Virus record (IMG/VR): IMGVR_UViG_3300030376_006135
Span: 1 to 44,296 of that record
Direction: 5' to 3' (one strand)
DNA length: 44,296 bases
From: a virus
Taxonomy: Duplodnaviria; Caudoviricetes
Shown here: piece after piece, positions 7,262-15,321 of the stretch
Position numbering within the stretch: the first letter of the stretch is position 1
How the letters are laid out: every line of letters starts with the position of its first letter
Position numbers and translations under genes: made by a program
Notes under the pieces: generated by a model
What the model saw: the letters and a program-made list of their open reading frames with translations, nothing else
Database searches by the model: none
Told to the model about the DNA's origin: nothing

Positions 7262-7523
7262 TGGCAGAAGACTTTATACTGACGAGAATCCAAAAGATAC
7301 CGTTAGAATTAAGTTTGCTACTATAAAAGATGCTAGAGCAACTGTACGAAAAGTTAAAAGAGTTCGTAAAAGTTATGCAAGAAAAATACAGATATTAACT
7401 GTAGGAGAACAAAGAGCAAGAGTGATGGGCAAGAAAACTGTCGCATCAATCTTCAAGTCTGCGAAAGCAGGATTAAGAAAAGCACATGGCAGTAAGAAGA
7501 AAAAGAAGAAAGGCGGCCGTTAA
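7203..7523 (+). CDS. Basic protein with GTGKKPKGSGRRLYTDENPKDT motif
   Basis: K/R-rich ORF with a motif-like core. Confidence 0.75.
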   Translation: MAKRKRKDPRVGTGKKPKGSGRRLYTDENPKDTVRIKFATIKDARATVRKVKRVRKSYARKIQILTVGEQRARVMGKKTVASIFKSAKAGLRKAHGSKKKKKKGGR

Positions 7524-7695
7524 AAAGAAACGACCAATACCTACAAATCCATCTCTATACGCTAGAGTAAAGGCTGAGGCAAAGAGAAAATTTAAGGTAT
7601 ACCCAAGTGCATATGCAAATGGGTGGTTAGTTAGAACTTATAAGGCACGTGGCGGAAAATATCGTATGGGCGTGTCAAGGAGAAAGAAAAGATAA
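7486..7695 (+). CDS. Basic protein, DUF5872-like (YPSAYANGWLVRTYKARGGKY)
   Basis: Motif recalled from phage and giant-virus basic proteins; family name from memory. Confidence 0.7.
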   Translation: MAVRRKRRKAAVKKKRPIPTNPSLYARVKAEAKRKFKVYPSAYANGWLVRTYKARGGKYRMGVSRRKKR

Positions 7696-7696
7696 C

Positions 7697-7837
7697 ATGT
7701 ATAAGATTACAACTTGGATCTATGAAAAATGGGATCAGTTAATAAATATACTCTCAGGAAAAGATAAAAACTGGGACGGGCAAGTGGACATCAAAGATCA
7801 TATGATGGAAGCTGAAGAAAAAACTAAAGATGGCTAA
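7697..7837 (+). CDS. Small protein with EF-hand-like loop DKNWDGQVDIKD
   Basis: ATG directly follows the previous stop; DxNxDG motif. Confidence 0.6.
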   Translation: MYKITTWIYEKWDQLINILSGKDKNWDGQVDIKDHMMEAEEKTKDG

Positions 7838-8126
7838 ACCTCGTGGTGGATTAACAAGATGGTTTAAAGAAAATTGGGTTGATATAAGTCGTCCTAAAAA
7901 GAAAGGAAGATATCAACCTTGCGGTAGAAAGAAAGCAAGAACCGCTAGAGGTGGCTACCCAAAATGTGTCCCTGCTCGTGTGGCAGCAAGAATGTCAGCA
8001 GCAGAGAAAAGGTCGGCTGTTCGGCGTAAAAGAAGTAAAGCACAAGGTGTAGGTGGTAAACCTACAAATGTTCGTACTTTTACTAAGAGAAAACGTAGAA
8101 AAACTAGCCGAAGAAAAGGCAGGTAG
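7830..8126 (+). CDS. Basic protein with GGLTRWFKENWVDI and YPKCVP motifs
   Basis: K/R-rich; overlaps the previous gene by 8 nt. Confidence 0.75.
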   Translation: MAKPRGGLTRWFKENWVDISRPKKKGRYQPCGRKKARTARGGYPKCVPARVAARMSAAEKRSAVRRKRSKAQGVGGKPTNVRTFTKRKRRKTSRRKGR

Positions 8127-8128
8127 AT

Positions 8129-8305
8129 ATGCAAAAAGACGTAGTAAAAGAAATACTACAGGTCGTAAAAATGTCAATCAAATTAAGAACCGCAGTTGAA
8201 GGAAGATTAGCTTGGGGTCAGGATTTCCGCACCCTACTTAATCTACCGAAGACAGAGAGCAATAAAGAGCTAATAGAGCAACATTGGGCAAATGGCACTG
8301 AATAA
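8129..8305 (+). CDS. Hypothetical protein, 58 aa (not in ORF track)
   Basis: MQKDVVKEILQVVKMSIKLRTAVEGRLAWG...; fills the gap between neighbours. Confidence 0.55.
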   Translation: MQKDVVKEILQVVKMSIKLRTAVEGRLAWGQDFRTLLNLPKTESNKELIEQHWANGTE

Positions 8306-8498
8306 AAGAACACATAAAAAGTTTATTAAAAATAGAGATGTTTTTAAGACAGCAACTGCAGCACGGAAACGTGCTAGAAAGTTAGGATTAAAAGGCATAC
8401 ATGCTCATGGCAGAGGAAAAGCCAAGAGATTTATGCCAGGAAGCTCTCACTCAGTATATACGAGAGCTTTAAGGAAAAAGAATGGCAAGAACAGGTAG
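8292..8498 (+). CDS. Basic protein with GIHAHG and FMPGSSH motifs
   Basis: K/R-rich ORF with a His-containing core. Confidence 0.7.
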   Translation: MALNKRTHKKFIKNRDVFKTATAARKRARKLGLKGIHAHGRGKAKRFMPGSSHSVYTRALRKKNGKNR

Positions 8499-8754
8499 TT
8501 TTTTAACTGGACCAACTGGTGTGCATAACACTCAGAAGATCCGTAAACACAGACTAAATAGAGGAATTACTAGAGATATGAATGCAGCCGCAGGAACTTC
8601 TGTAAACAGTAAGAACGCAGGCAGTTATGAAGCATTTAGATACTCAGCAGCTCCTAAACCTATTGGCCCAAGATTTGGTAAGACCGTTAACCCAAAACGA
8701 GCTAGTTTTGGTAGAAGAGGTGCAGGACGATTATTACCAAGGAGAGGTAGATAG
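8482..8754 (+). CDS. Basic Gly/Arg-rich protein
   Basis: AAGGA upstream; overlaps the previous gene. Confidence 0.7.
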   Translation: MARTGSFLTGPTGVHNTQKIRKHRLNRGITRDMNAAAGTSVNSKNAGSYEAFRYSAAPKPIGPRFGKTVNPKRASFGRRGAGRLLPRRGR

Positions 8755-8882
8755 ACCTTATTAAAGACTTTCATAAATTCATGAAAGCAGGACGACTTCA
8801 TAGAGTCGTAAATATGATTAACAATGGCACTAACAGCAAGCGAAAAAGCAAAACTAAAAAGGTACGGTCTCAGCGGTCTTAA
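8751..8882 (+). CDS. Possible small basic protein (ATA start at 8751 or ATG at 8781)
   Basis: Open frame IDLIKDFHKFMKAGRLHRVVNMINNGTNSKRKSKTKKVRSQRS; GGAG at 8741-44. Confidence 0.4.
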   Translation: MDLIKDFHKFMKAGRLHRVVNMINNGTNSKRKSKTKKVRSQRS

Positions 8883-9189
8883 CAAACCAAAGAGAACACC
8901 GAAGCACCCAAGTAAAAAAGCTGTAGTAGCAGTGCGTGTTGGTAATCGTATAAAGATTATTCGCTTTGGAGCACAGGGCATGGGACATAATTATAGTCCT
9001 GAAGCCCGAAGAAGTTTCAAAGCGAGGCACAGAAGAAATATTGCTAGAGGCAAAACTTCTGCAGCCTGGTGGGCTAATAAAGTCTTTTGGGCAGGTAAAG
9101 GAGGTTCTGTAAAAAGACCTCCCAAATCCCAAAAGCATGTAAAAGGTAGAAGAAGAAAAACAACTAGAAAAAGAAGGACTAGAGGATGA
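8824..9189 (+). CDS. Basic protein with KIIRFGAQG, RRSFKARH and SAAWWA motifs
   Basis: Motif pattern recalled from uncharacterised phage and giant-virus proteins. Confidence 0.75.
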   Translation: MALTASEKAKLKRYGLSGLNKPKRTPKHPSKKAVVAVRVGNRIKIIRFGAQGMGHNYSPEARRSFKARHRRNIARGKTSAAWWANKVFWAGKGGSVKRPPKSQKHVKGRRRKTTRKRRTRG

Positions 9190-9428
9190 GCATACCCAAA
9201 ATGATTGATAAACGCCAAGCGTGGCTTGACGGAGTATCAGTTGAAGCAATGGCAGTAGTGTCAAAGCTAACAAAAAGAACTAAAGCAGGAATCACACTTT
9301 CGGACAGAGAGGATATGATGTTAGAACTTTGTAGTGGATATCTTTATATGCTTACCTTATGCAAAGAGGAAGGATTGTTTGATTCTGACGACCCATTTAA
9401 CTTATTTAACAAAGAGACCATACATTGA
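9186..9428 (+). CDS. Hypothetical protein immediately upstream of terL
   Basis: ATGA and TTGA overlaps on either side. Confidence 0.65.
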   Translation: MSIPKMIDKRQAWLDGVSVEAMAVVSKLTKRTKAGITLSDREDMMLELCSGYLYMLTLCKEEGLFDSDDPFNLFNKETIH

Positions 9429-10726
9429 TTGAAATAAGCCGCTCAGACATTGCGTCTGACTTTCACATGGATCTTCCAGCAGAAGATCGCTTTATCAAGT
9501 TGCCTATTGAGGGGTATCTTGATCTTTTGGGTGTAAGCCCTAACACATCTCAAACTGCAATTATCAATGCAATCAATAATCCCAAATATCGTTTTGTCTG
9601 TGCGGCTGTTTCTCGTCGTCAAGGTAAAACATACATTTCTAATATTATAGGACAGTTAGTTTGTCTAGTTCCAAACTCTCATGTACTACTCATGTCACCA
9701 AATTACTCATTATCTCAAATATCATTTGACTTACAGAGAAATCTCATCAAGCATTTTGATTTAGAGGTAACTAGAGATAATGCCAAAGATAAAGTTATTG
9801 AACTTTCAAATCAATCAACAATAAGAATGGGTTCTATCAATCAGGTAGACTCTGTTGTTGGTCGTTCCTACGATTTAATTATATTTGACGAAGCCGCACT
9901 TACTGATGGCAGAGATGCTTTCAATGTTGCACTACGTCCCACACTAGATAAAGATAATTCAAAAGCTATTTTTATATCTACTCCAAGGGGTAGAAATAAT
10001 TACTTTGCAGAATTTTACTATCGTGGATACTCTGATGAGTTTCCAGAATGGTTAAGTATAAAAGCAACTTGGCATGAAAATCCTCGTGTATCTGAAGATG
10101 ATATTAAAGAGGCAAAAAAGACAATGTCAGAGGCGGAGTTCAACCAAGAATACTTAGCAGACTTTAATGTATTTGAAGGTCAAATCTGGAGATTCAATCA
10201 TGAGCAGTGTATTGGAAACTTCTCTGAGATAGAAGTTAGAGAGATGGATGTATTCGCAGGACTTGACGTAGGTTATAAAGATCCTACTGCTTTCTGTGTA
10301 ATTGCTTACGATTGGGACACTGAAACTTATCATGTGTTAGATGAATACTATAACTCAGAAAGAACTACAGAACAGCATGCAACAGAGATTCAAAAATTAA
10401 TCCAAAAATGGGATATTGATTATATTTATATTGATTCAGCTGCTCAACAAACAAGATACGACTTTGCACAGAATTACGATATTAGTACTATAAATGCTAA
10501 AAAATCCGTACTAGACGGTATAGGTCATGTAGCAGGTATAGTGGATAACGATAAGCTACATGTAGATCAAAAATGCAAAGAAGTGCTTATGGCGTTAGAC
10601 CAATACCAGTGGGATCCAAATCCAAATCTCATGAAAGAGAAACCAAAACATGACATGGCATCTCATATGGCTGATGCTCTACGTTACGCACTCTATACAT
10701 TTGAAACTAGTGTCACTTCGTTTTAG
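9425..10726 (+). CDS. terL: Terminase large subunit, T5-like
   Basis: Walker A VSRRQGKT, Walker B LIIFDEAA, ISTPRG, nuclease motifs GLDVGYKDPT and SHMADALRYA; 433 aa. Confidence 0.95.
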   Translation: MIEISRSDIASDFHMDLPAEDRFIKLPIEGYLDLLGVSPNTSQTAIINAINNPKYRFVCAAVSRRQGKTYISNIIGQLVCLVPNSHVLLMSPNYSLSQISFDLQRNLIKHFDLEVTRDNAKDKVIELSNQSTIRMGSINQVDSVVGRSYDLIIFDEAALTDGRDAFNVALRPTLDKDNSKAIFISTPRGRNNYFAEFYYRGYSDEFPEWLSIKATWHENPRVSEDDIKEAKKTMSEAEFNQEYLADFNVFEGQIWRFNHEQCIGNFSEIEVREMDVFAGLDVGYKDPTAFCVIAYDWDTETYHVLDEYYNSERTTEQHATEIQKLIQKWDIDYIYIDSAAQQTRYDFAQNYDISTINAKKSVLDGIGHVAGIVDNDKLHVDQKCKEVLMALDQYQWDPNPNLMKEKPKHDMASHMADALRYALYTFETSVTSF

Positions 10727-10748
10727 TAAGACCTGTAAAAAACAGTTC

Positions 10749-10778
10749 TTGACATATGATGTGTATTTTTGGTATAAT
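10749..10778 (+). promoter_or_regulatory. Sigma70 promoter with extended -10
   Basis: TTGACA (10749-54), 18 nt spacer ending TGG, TATAAT (10773-78). Confidence 0.85.
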
Positions 10779-10797
10779 TCTAATTAAGAGTATAAAT

Positions 10798-11169
10798 ATG
10801 AATTTAAAGAGAGATTTAGTTAAATATGTGAGAGACAAAGCTAAATCACAATACAAAAAAGGAAATAGTTGTTTCATTTGCGGAAACAACGAGAATTTAG
10901 ATTTTCATCATTACTACGGTTTAACAGAATTACTAGAAACTTGGTTAAAAAAGAAGAATATAATTATTGAGAAAGAGCAAGACATACTAGAAATTCGTGA
11001 ACTGTTTATTGATGAGAATAGAGAAAAAGTTTACGATTATACGGTTACACTTTGTCATAAACATCATCTAAGACTACATTCAATTTATGGAAAAAGACCC
11101 AAATTGATAACCGCAGAAAAACAAAATAATTGGGTCAAGAAACAGAGAGACAAACATGGCATGGTATGA
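10798..11169 (+). CDS. HNH endonuclease, similar to the T5 nicking-type gene between terL and portal
   Basis: CFIC, LDFHH and VTLCHKHHLRLH motifs. ATG 10756 lies inside the promoter, so 10798 is chosen. Confidence 0.85.
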   Translation: MNLKRDLVKYVRDKAKSQYKKGNSCFICGNNENLDFHHYYGLTELLETWLKKKNIIIEKEQDILEIRELFIDENREKVYDYTVTLCHKHHLRLHSIYGKRPKLITAEKQNNWVKKQRDKHGMV

Positions 11170-12376
11170 CAGACTATTAGGCAGAAATCAGGACTTCTAT
11201 GATGATGAAAAACTGAACCCTGCTCAATATGTAATATCTCGTGACGAGGGTATGACAATTGACTCTCGCGAAGTTGTTACCAATTACAAAAATGCTTATG
11301 AACAACTAGAGATAGTTAACCGTGCAGTAAACATGATTGTAGATGACTCTGCAGAAATTCCATTTCAAGTAGGAGATCAAATACAAGGCATAAATAATAT
11401 TGTTAAAAATATTCGTAAGTCGCGAGTAGATATTTTAATTAATAAAGAGCCTAACCCATTTCAGGATATTAGCACATTTAAAAGAAACTTAGTTATAGAT
11501 TTATTACTAGATGGTAATATATTTATATACTTTGATGGTGCACATCTATATCATTTACCCGCAGATAGAGTAACAATTTATAGTGATACAGATACATATA
11601 TAGATAAGTATTCTTTTGATAATACTATTGATTATTCACCAAGAGAAATTATCCATATTAAAGAAAACAGTTTTCACTCCATATATCGTGGAGTACCAAG
11701 ATTAAAACCTGCATTTAGAACTATGCAGTTGCTTGGAAGCATGAGAAACTTCCAAGATAACTTTTTTAAGAATGGAGCAGTGCCAGGATTAGTACTTAAG
11801 TCTCCGAATACTCTTTCAGAAAAGATTAAAGAGAGAATGTTACAAGCATGGGTTGCAAGATATAACCCACAATCAGGAGGTCGTAGACCTCTATTCCTTG
11901 ACGGAGGATTAGAGGTTGAAAACTTGACTGAGATTAACTTTAAGGAATTAGATTTTCAAGAAGGCATAAAGTCAAACGAAAGAATTATTTTAGAAGCGAT
12001 GGGAATACCACCAATTTTAATGGATGGTGGTAATAATGCAAACATCAGACCGAACCATCGTTTGTACTATTTAGAAACAGTCTTACCAATAGTAAGAAAA
12101 ATAGGGTATGCAGTAGAGCGTTTCTTTGGTTTTGAACTTTCTGAGGATGTAACAGGTATACCTGCTTTACAACCAGAATTGAGAGATCAAGCCGCGTACT
12201 ATGCAACTCTTGTGAATACAGGGATTATGTCCCCAAATGAAGCAAGAGAGGCACTTGGCAAAGAACCAGTTGATGGTTTTGACGAGCCAAGAGTTCCTGC
12301 AAATATAGCAGGATCTGCAGCAAATCCCGAAGAAGGTGGCAGACCCACAGAGGCAGCCCCAAGCGAGGAAGAATAA
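11156..12376 (+). CDS. Portal protein (HK97/T5 family)
   Basis: LLLDGNIFIY, EIIHIKE, FFKNGAVPG, GIMSPNEARE. Confidence 0.95.
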   Translation: MAWYDRLLGRNQDFYDDEKLNPAQYVISRDEGMTIDSREVVTNYKNAYEQLEIVNRAVNMIVDDSAEIPFQVGDQIQGINNIVKNIRKSRVDILINKEPNPFQDISTFKRNLVIDLLLDGNIFIYFDGAHLYHLPADRVTIYSDTDTYIDKYSFDNTIDYSPREIIHIKENSFHSIYRGVPRLKPAFRTMQLLGSMRNFQDNFFKNGAVPGLVLKSPNTLSEKIKERMLQAWVARYNPQSGGRRPLFLDGGLEVENLTEINFKELDFQEGIKSNERIILEAMGIPPILMDGGNNANIRPNHRLYYLETVLPIVRKIGYAVERFFGFELSEDVTGIPALQPELRDQAAYYATLVNTGIMSPNEAREALGKEPVDGFDEPRVPANIAGSAANPEEGGRPTEAAPSEEE

Positions 12377-12377
12377 T

Positions 12378-12617
12378 ATGACTAAAGATAAGATGGCAAA
12401 AGCATTATCAGATTTTTGTAAGAAAAATAAAGTTGAGTCTATGAATTTAGCTACTTACAAATCTTATGGTAATGATGTACCAGTAAAAGATTATCTTCTT
12501 AGACGTGCTTTTGGTTCATGGAACAGAGTATTATCTGCTATGAAAAAACGACATCCAGTTGTTTTAGCAGCTCCTACTCCAGCACCAAAGAAAGAGGAGA
12601 AGAAAGATGTCAAGTAA
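12378..12617 (+). CDS. Small protein with RRAFGSWN motif (homing-endonuclease-associated repeat-like)
   Basis: GAGGA upstream of ATG 12378; FGSWN motif. Confidence 0.65.
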   Translation: MTKDKMAKALSDFCKKNKVESMNLATYKSYGNDVPVKDYLLRRAFGSWNRVLSAMKKRHPVVLAAPTPAPKKEEKKDVK

Positions 12618-14664
12618 AATTTATCACTGGACTAGCACTTTTAAATCCCTCGGTGAAACAGATGATGGCGGAGTAGAGATTAAAGGTTCTGCTAGCACTA
12701 ACTCTTTAGATAGAGCGGGTGACATCATTGAGACTCAAGCATGGATGAAAGGTGGTCTAGAAAATTTTAAAAATAACCCTATTATTTTGTTTAATCATAA
12801 CTATGATAAACCAATTGGTAGAGCAAAAGATTTACAAGTTACTGACAGTGGCTTAGAAATATCTGCAAAGATATCTAAAGCAGCAGGAGATGTAACACAA
12901 CTAATCAAAGATGGTGTCCTTGGAGCATTTTCTGTCGGTTTCAGATGCAAGGACTCCGAGTACATGACTGAAACTGATGGATATAAAATTAAGGACGCGG
13001 AACTTTTTGAAGTTTCTGTAGTATCAGTACCTTGCAACCAAGGGGCAACCTTTGGATTAAGCAAGTCATTTGATTCTATGGATGACTATAACGAGTTTAA
13101 GCAATCTTTTTATAAGGCTAACTCAAACGATTCAGCAGACGCTGTTGAAATTGAGCAGCCAAACGGGGCACAAGCCCAAGAAATGGAGACTAATATGTCA
13201 AATGAAAAGCAAGCTCCTGAAAGCAAACCTGAGTTTGATCTTGATTCATTCGCACAAGAGGCTGCTGAGAAAGCAGTAGCTGAATATGCTATGAAACAAG
13301 CTGAACAGAAGGCTGCAGAGCAAAAAGCTGCTGAGGAAGCTGAAGAAAAGGCTGCTCAAGAAGCTGAGGTTCAAAAAGCCGCTGAGGAAGCTAAACAGGA
13401 AGAGCAAAAAACTATCGTTCAAGCTGGAATATCTGGCGCCGAGAAGTTAATGTCTGATGTTGAAGCACGGGTAAAAGATGACTACTCTAATTTAGAGCAA
13501 GTCGTTAAGTCACTTGAGGCACAACTTGCTGAGAAATCTGAAGAGATCATGAACATTCGTGAGTCAAAAAGAGTTTTCTCTGACAGACAGCAAAATCAAG
13601 GTGATTGGAAAAAAGCTTTTGAACAAGACATCGTTGATGCAAAATTTGCTGGTTTAGCGACTGGTAAAGGATGGGACAACGATTATGCTAAGAGTGTAAT
13701 GGAGAAAGTCAACGCACATTCAGGTGTTGGTGTATCTTCTGCAGACTTTGAGCAAGTTGTTTCAACTAACGTAGAAAGAGATATTCAAAATGAATTAGTT
13801 CTAGCACCTCTCTTTAGAGAAGTACCTATGACTTCTGCAAACATGATTATCCCAATCTTACCAGACAGTGGTTATGCTGAATTTGCTTCAGCTCAAACTG
13901 CTAGTGGTTCCTCACCACATGGTAACTTAGCTGAAAGAGGCGATACATACGGCTCACCTTTTGGTGGTGTTGATATGACTGAAAGAACTCTTTCAACCAA
14001 AAAACTTATTTCACAATCATTCTTAGGTAATGAAACTGAAGAAGATGCAATCCTACCAATTCTTCCTTTAATTAGAGAATCAATGGTAAGATCACACGCT
14101 AGAGCAATTGAAAACTCAATCCTAGCTGGTGACGATGCTGACGGTGCTTTCGGTACTTCAGGTGCATCTTATGAAGGTCTACTTCACCTAGCAAGAAATG
14201 ATTCAGACTTCACACAATCAACAACTGCTTTTGCAACTGATAGTGTAACAGCCGCTGAGTTACTTGCAATGAGAAAGAATATGGGTAAATACGGTGTTAA
14301 CCCTTCAGAAGTAGTTTACATTGTTTCTCAAACAGTGTATTACAACTTACTAGAAGATGCCGAATTCCAAGATGCTAACCTAGTTGGCGATATGGCAACT
14401 AAGCTAAACGGTGAAATTGGTCAAGTATTCGGTTCAAGAGTACTATTATGTGACGAATTTGCTGCCGCAGCTACTGGTAAATTCGCAGCTATTGCTGTGT
14501 ATCCAAGAAACTATGTAATCCCAAGACTACGTGGCGTAACCATTGAGTCAGATTACGAAGTTGCTAACCAAAGAAGAGTACTTGTTGCTTCACAAAGAAT
14601 TGGTTTCACTGATCTTATTGACGGTGCTACTTCTAAGTGGGGACACATGTATAAAGCATCCTAA
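12607..14664 (+). CDS. Prohead protease + scaffold + HK97-fold major capsid protein in one ORF
   Basis: Protease motifs DRAGD, ILFNHNYDKPIG, AFSVGF, ELFEVSVVSVPCN; Ala/Glu/Lys coiled-coil; capsid-like C-terminal domain; no internal stop. Confidence 0.92.
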   Translation: MSSKIYHWTSTFKSLGETDDGGVEIKGSASTNSLDRAGDIIETQAWMKGGLENFKNNPIILFNHNYDKPIGRAKDLQVTDSGLEISAKISKAAGDVTQLIKDGVLGAFSVGFRCKDSEYMTETDGYKIKDAELFEVSVVSVPCNQGATFGLSKSFDSMDDYNEFKQSFYKANSNDSADAVEIEQPNGAQAQEMETNMSNEKQAPESKPEFDLDSFAQEAAEKAVAEYAMKQAEQKAAEQKAAEEAEEKAAQEAEVQKAAEEAKQEEQKTIVQAGISGAEKLMSDVEARVKDDYSNLEQVVKSLEAQLAEKSEEIMNIRESKRVFSDRQQNQGDWKKAFEQDIVDAKFAGLATGKGWDNDYAKSVMEKVNAHSGVGVSSADFEQVVSTNVERDIQNELVLAPLFREVPMTSANMIIPILPDSGYAEFASAQTASGSSPHGNLAERGDTYGSPFGGVDMTERTLSTKKLISQSFLGNETEEDAILPILPLIRESMVRSHARAIENSILAGDDADGAFGTSGASYEGLLHLARNDSDFTQSTTAFATDSVTAAELLAMRKNMGKYGVNPSEVVYIVSQTVYYNLLEDAEFQDANLVGDMATKLNGEIGQVFGSRVLLCDEFAAAATGKFAAIAVYPRNYVIPRLRGVTIESDYEVANQRRVLVASQRIGFTDLIDGATSKWGHMYKAS

Positions 14665-14693
14665 TAATCAATCCCTAAACGGATATTATGGCT

Positions 14694-14724
14694 TGGGGCG
14701 AGCCTATCGCCCCACTTTTTATTT
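14694..14724 (+). terminator. Rho-independent terminator after the capsid gene
   Basis: TGGGGCGA-gccta-TCGCCCCA followed by CTTTTTATTT. Confidence 0.85.
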
Positions 14725-15321
14725 ATGGCAGATTTAATAACAGTACAAGAATATAAGAACGCAGAGGGGATCAACAATCAAAAGGATGATCAACGCCTTG
14801 ATGTTATTGTACCACAAGTTAGCGACCTTGCCAAAAGATATTGCGGAACAACTTTTATAGATTATTATAGTAGTGGTAGAACCGAAACTATTTCAGTTCA
14901 CGATAATTTTACCAGCACTATAATCGTTAGCGAAAGCCCGCTAGTTGCCGTGTCTTCTGTACAAGAAAGAACAGGATATGCAGAAGATTACTCAACATTA
15001 ACAACAACAGATTACGAGTACTATGTAGATACCGCCGCAGATGCGATTGTTCGCACAACAAAGAGTGGCGGTAAAGCATACTGGGCAAGTGGTGTAGGAA
15101 GTGTAAGAGTTACTTATACTGCAGGATATGCGGCTACACCAAGTGATTTAAAACTTGCACTTTTTGACTTAGTAACATATTACTTAAAAGACGAACATAA
15201 AGAAAGAAGAACAATAGCTGGAGCGACACTACAGAATCAAGGAACATCTGGAGTAAGAGATAATACAGACTTCCCAGATCACATAAAGAGAGTACTTGAT
15301 TTATATAGAGTAATAATCTAG
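14725..15321 (+). CDS. Head-tail connector / head completion protein
   Basis: Position after the capsid gene; VRVTYTAGY, PSDLKLA and FPDHIKRVLDLYR motifs. Confidence 0.85.
   Translation: MADLITVQEYKNAEGINNQKDDQRLDVIVPQVSDLAKRYCGTTFIDYYSSGRTETISVHDNFTSTIIVSESPLVAVSSVQERTGYAEDYSTLTTTDYEYYVDTAADAIVRTTKSGGKAYWASGVGSVRVTYTAGYAATPSDLKLALFDLVTYYLKDEHKERRTIAGATLQNQGTSGVRDNTDFPDHIKRVLDLYRVII

Noticed and set aside
10798-11169. HNH gene as a mobile homing endonuclease or intron
   Set aside because: It is free-standing in the conserved T5-like position between terL and portal, and the flanking genes are uninterrupted.
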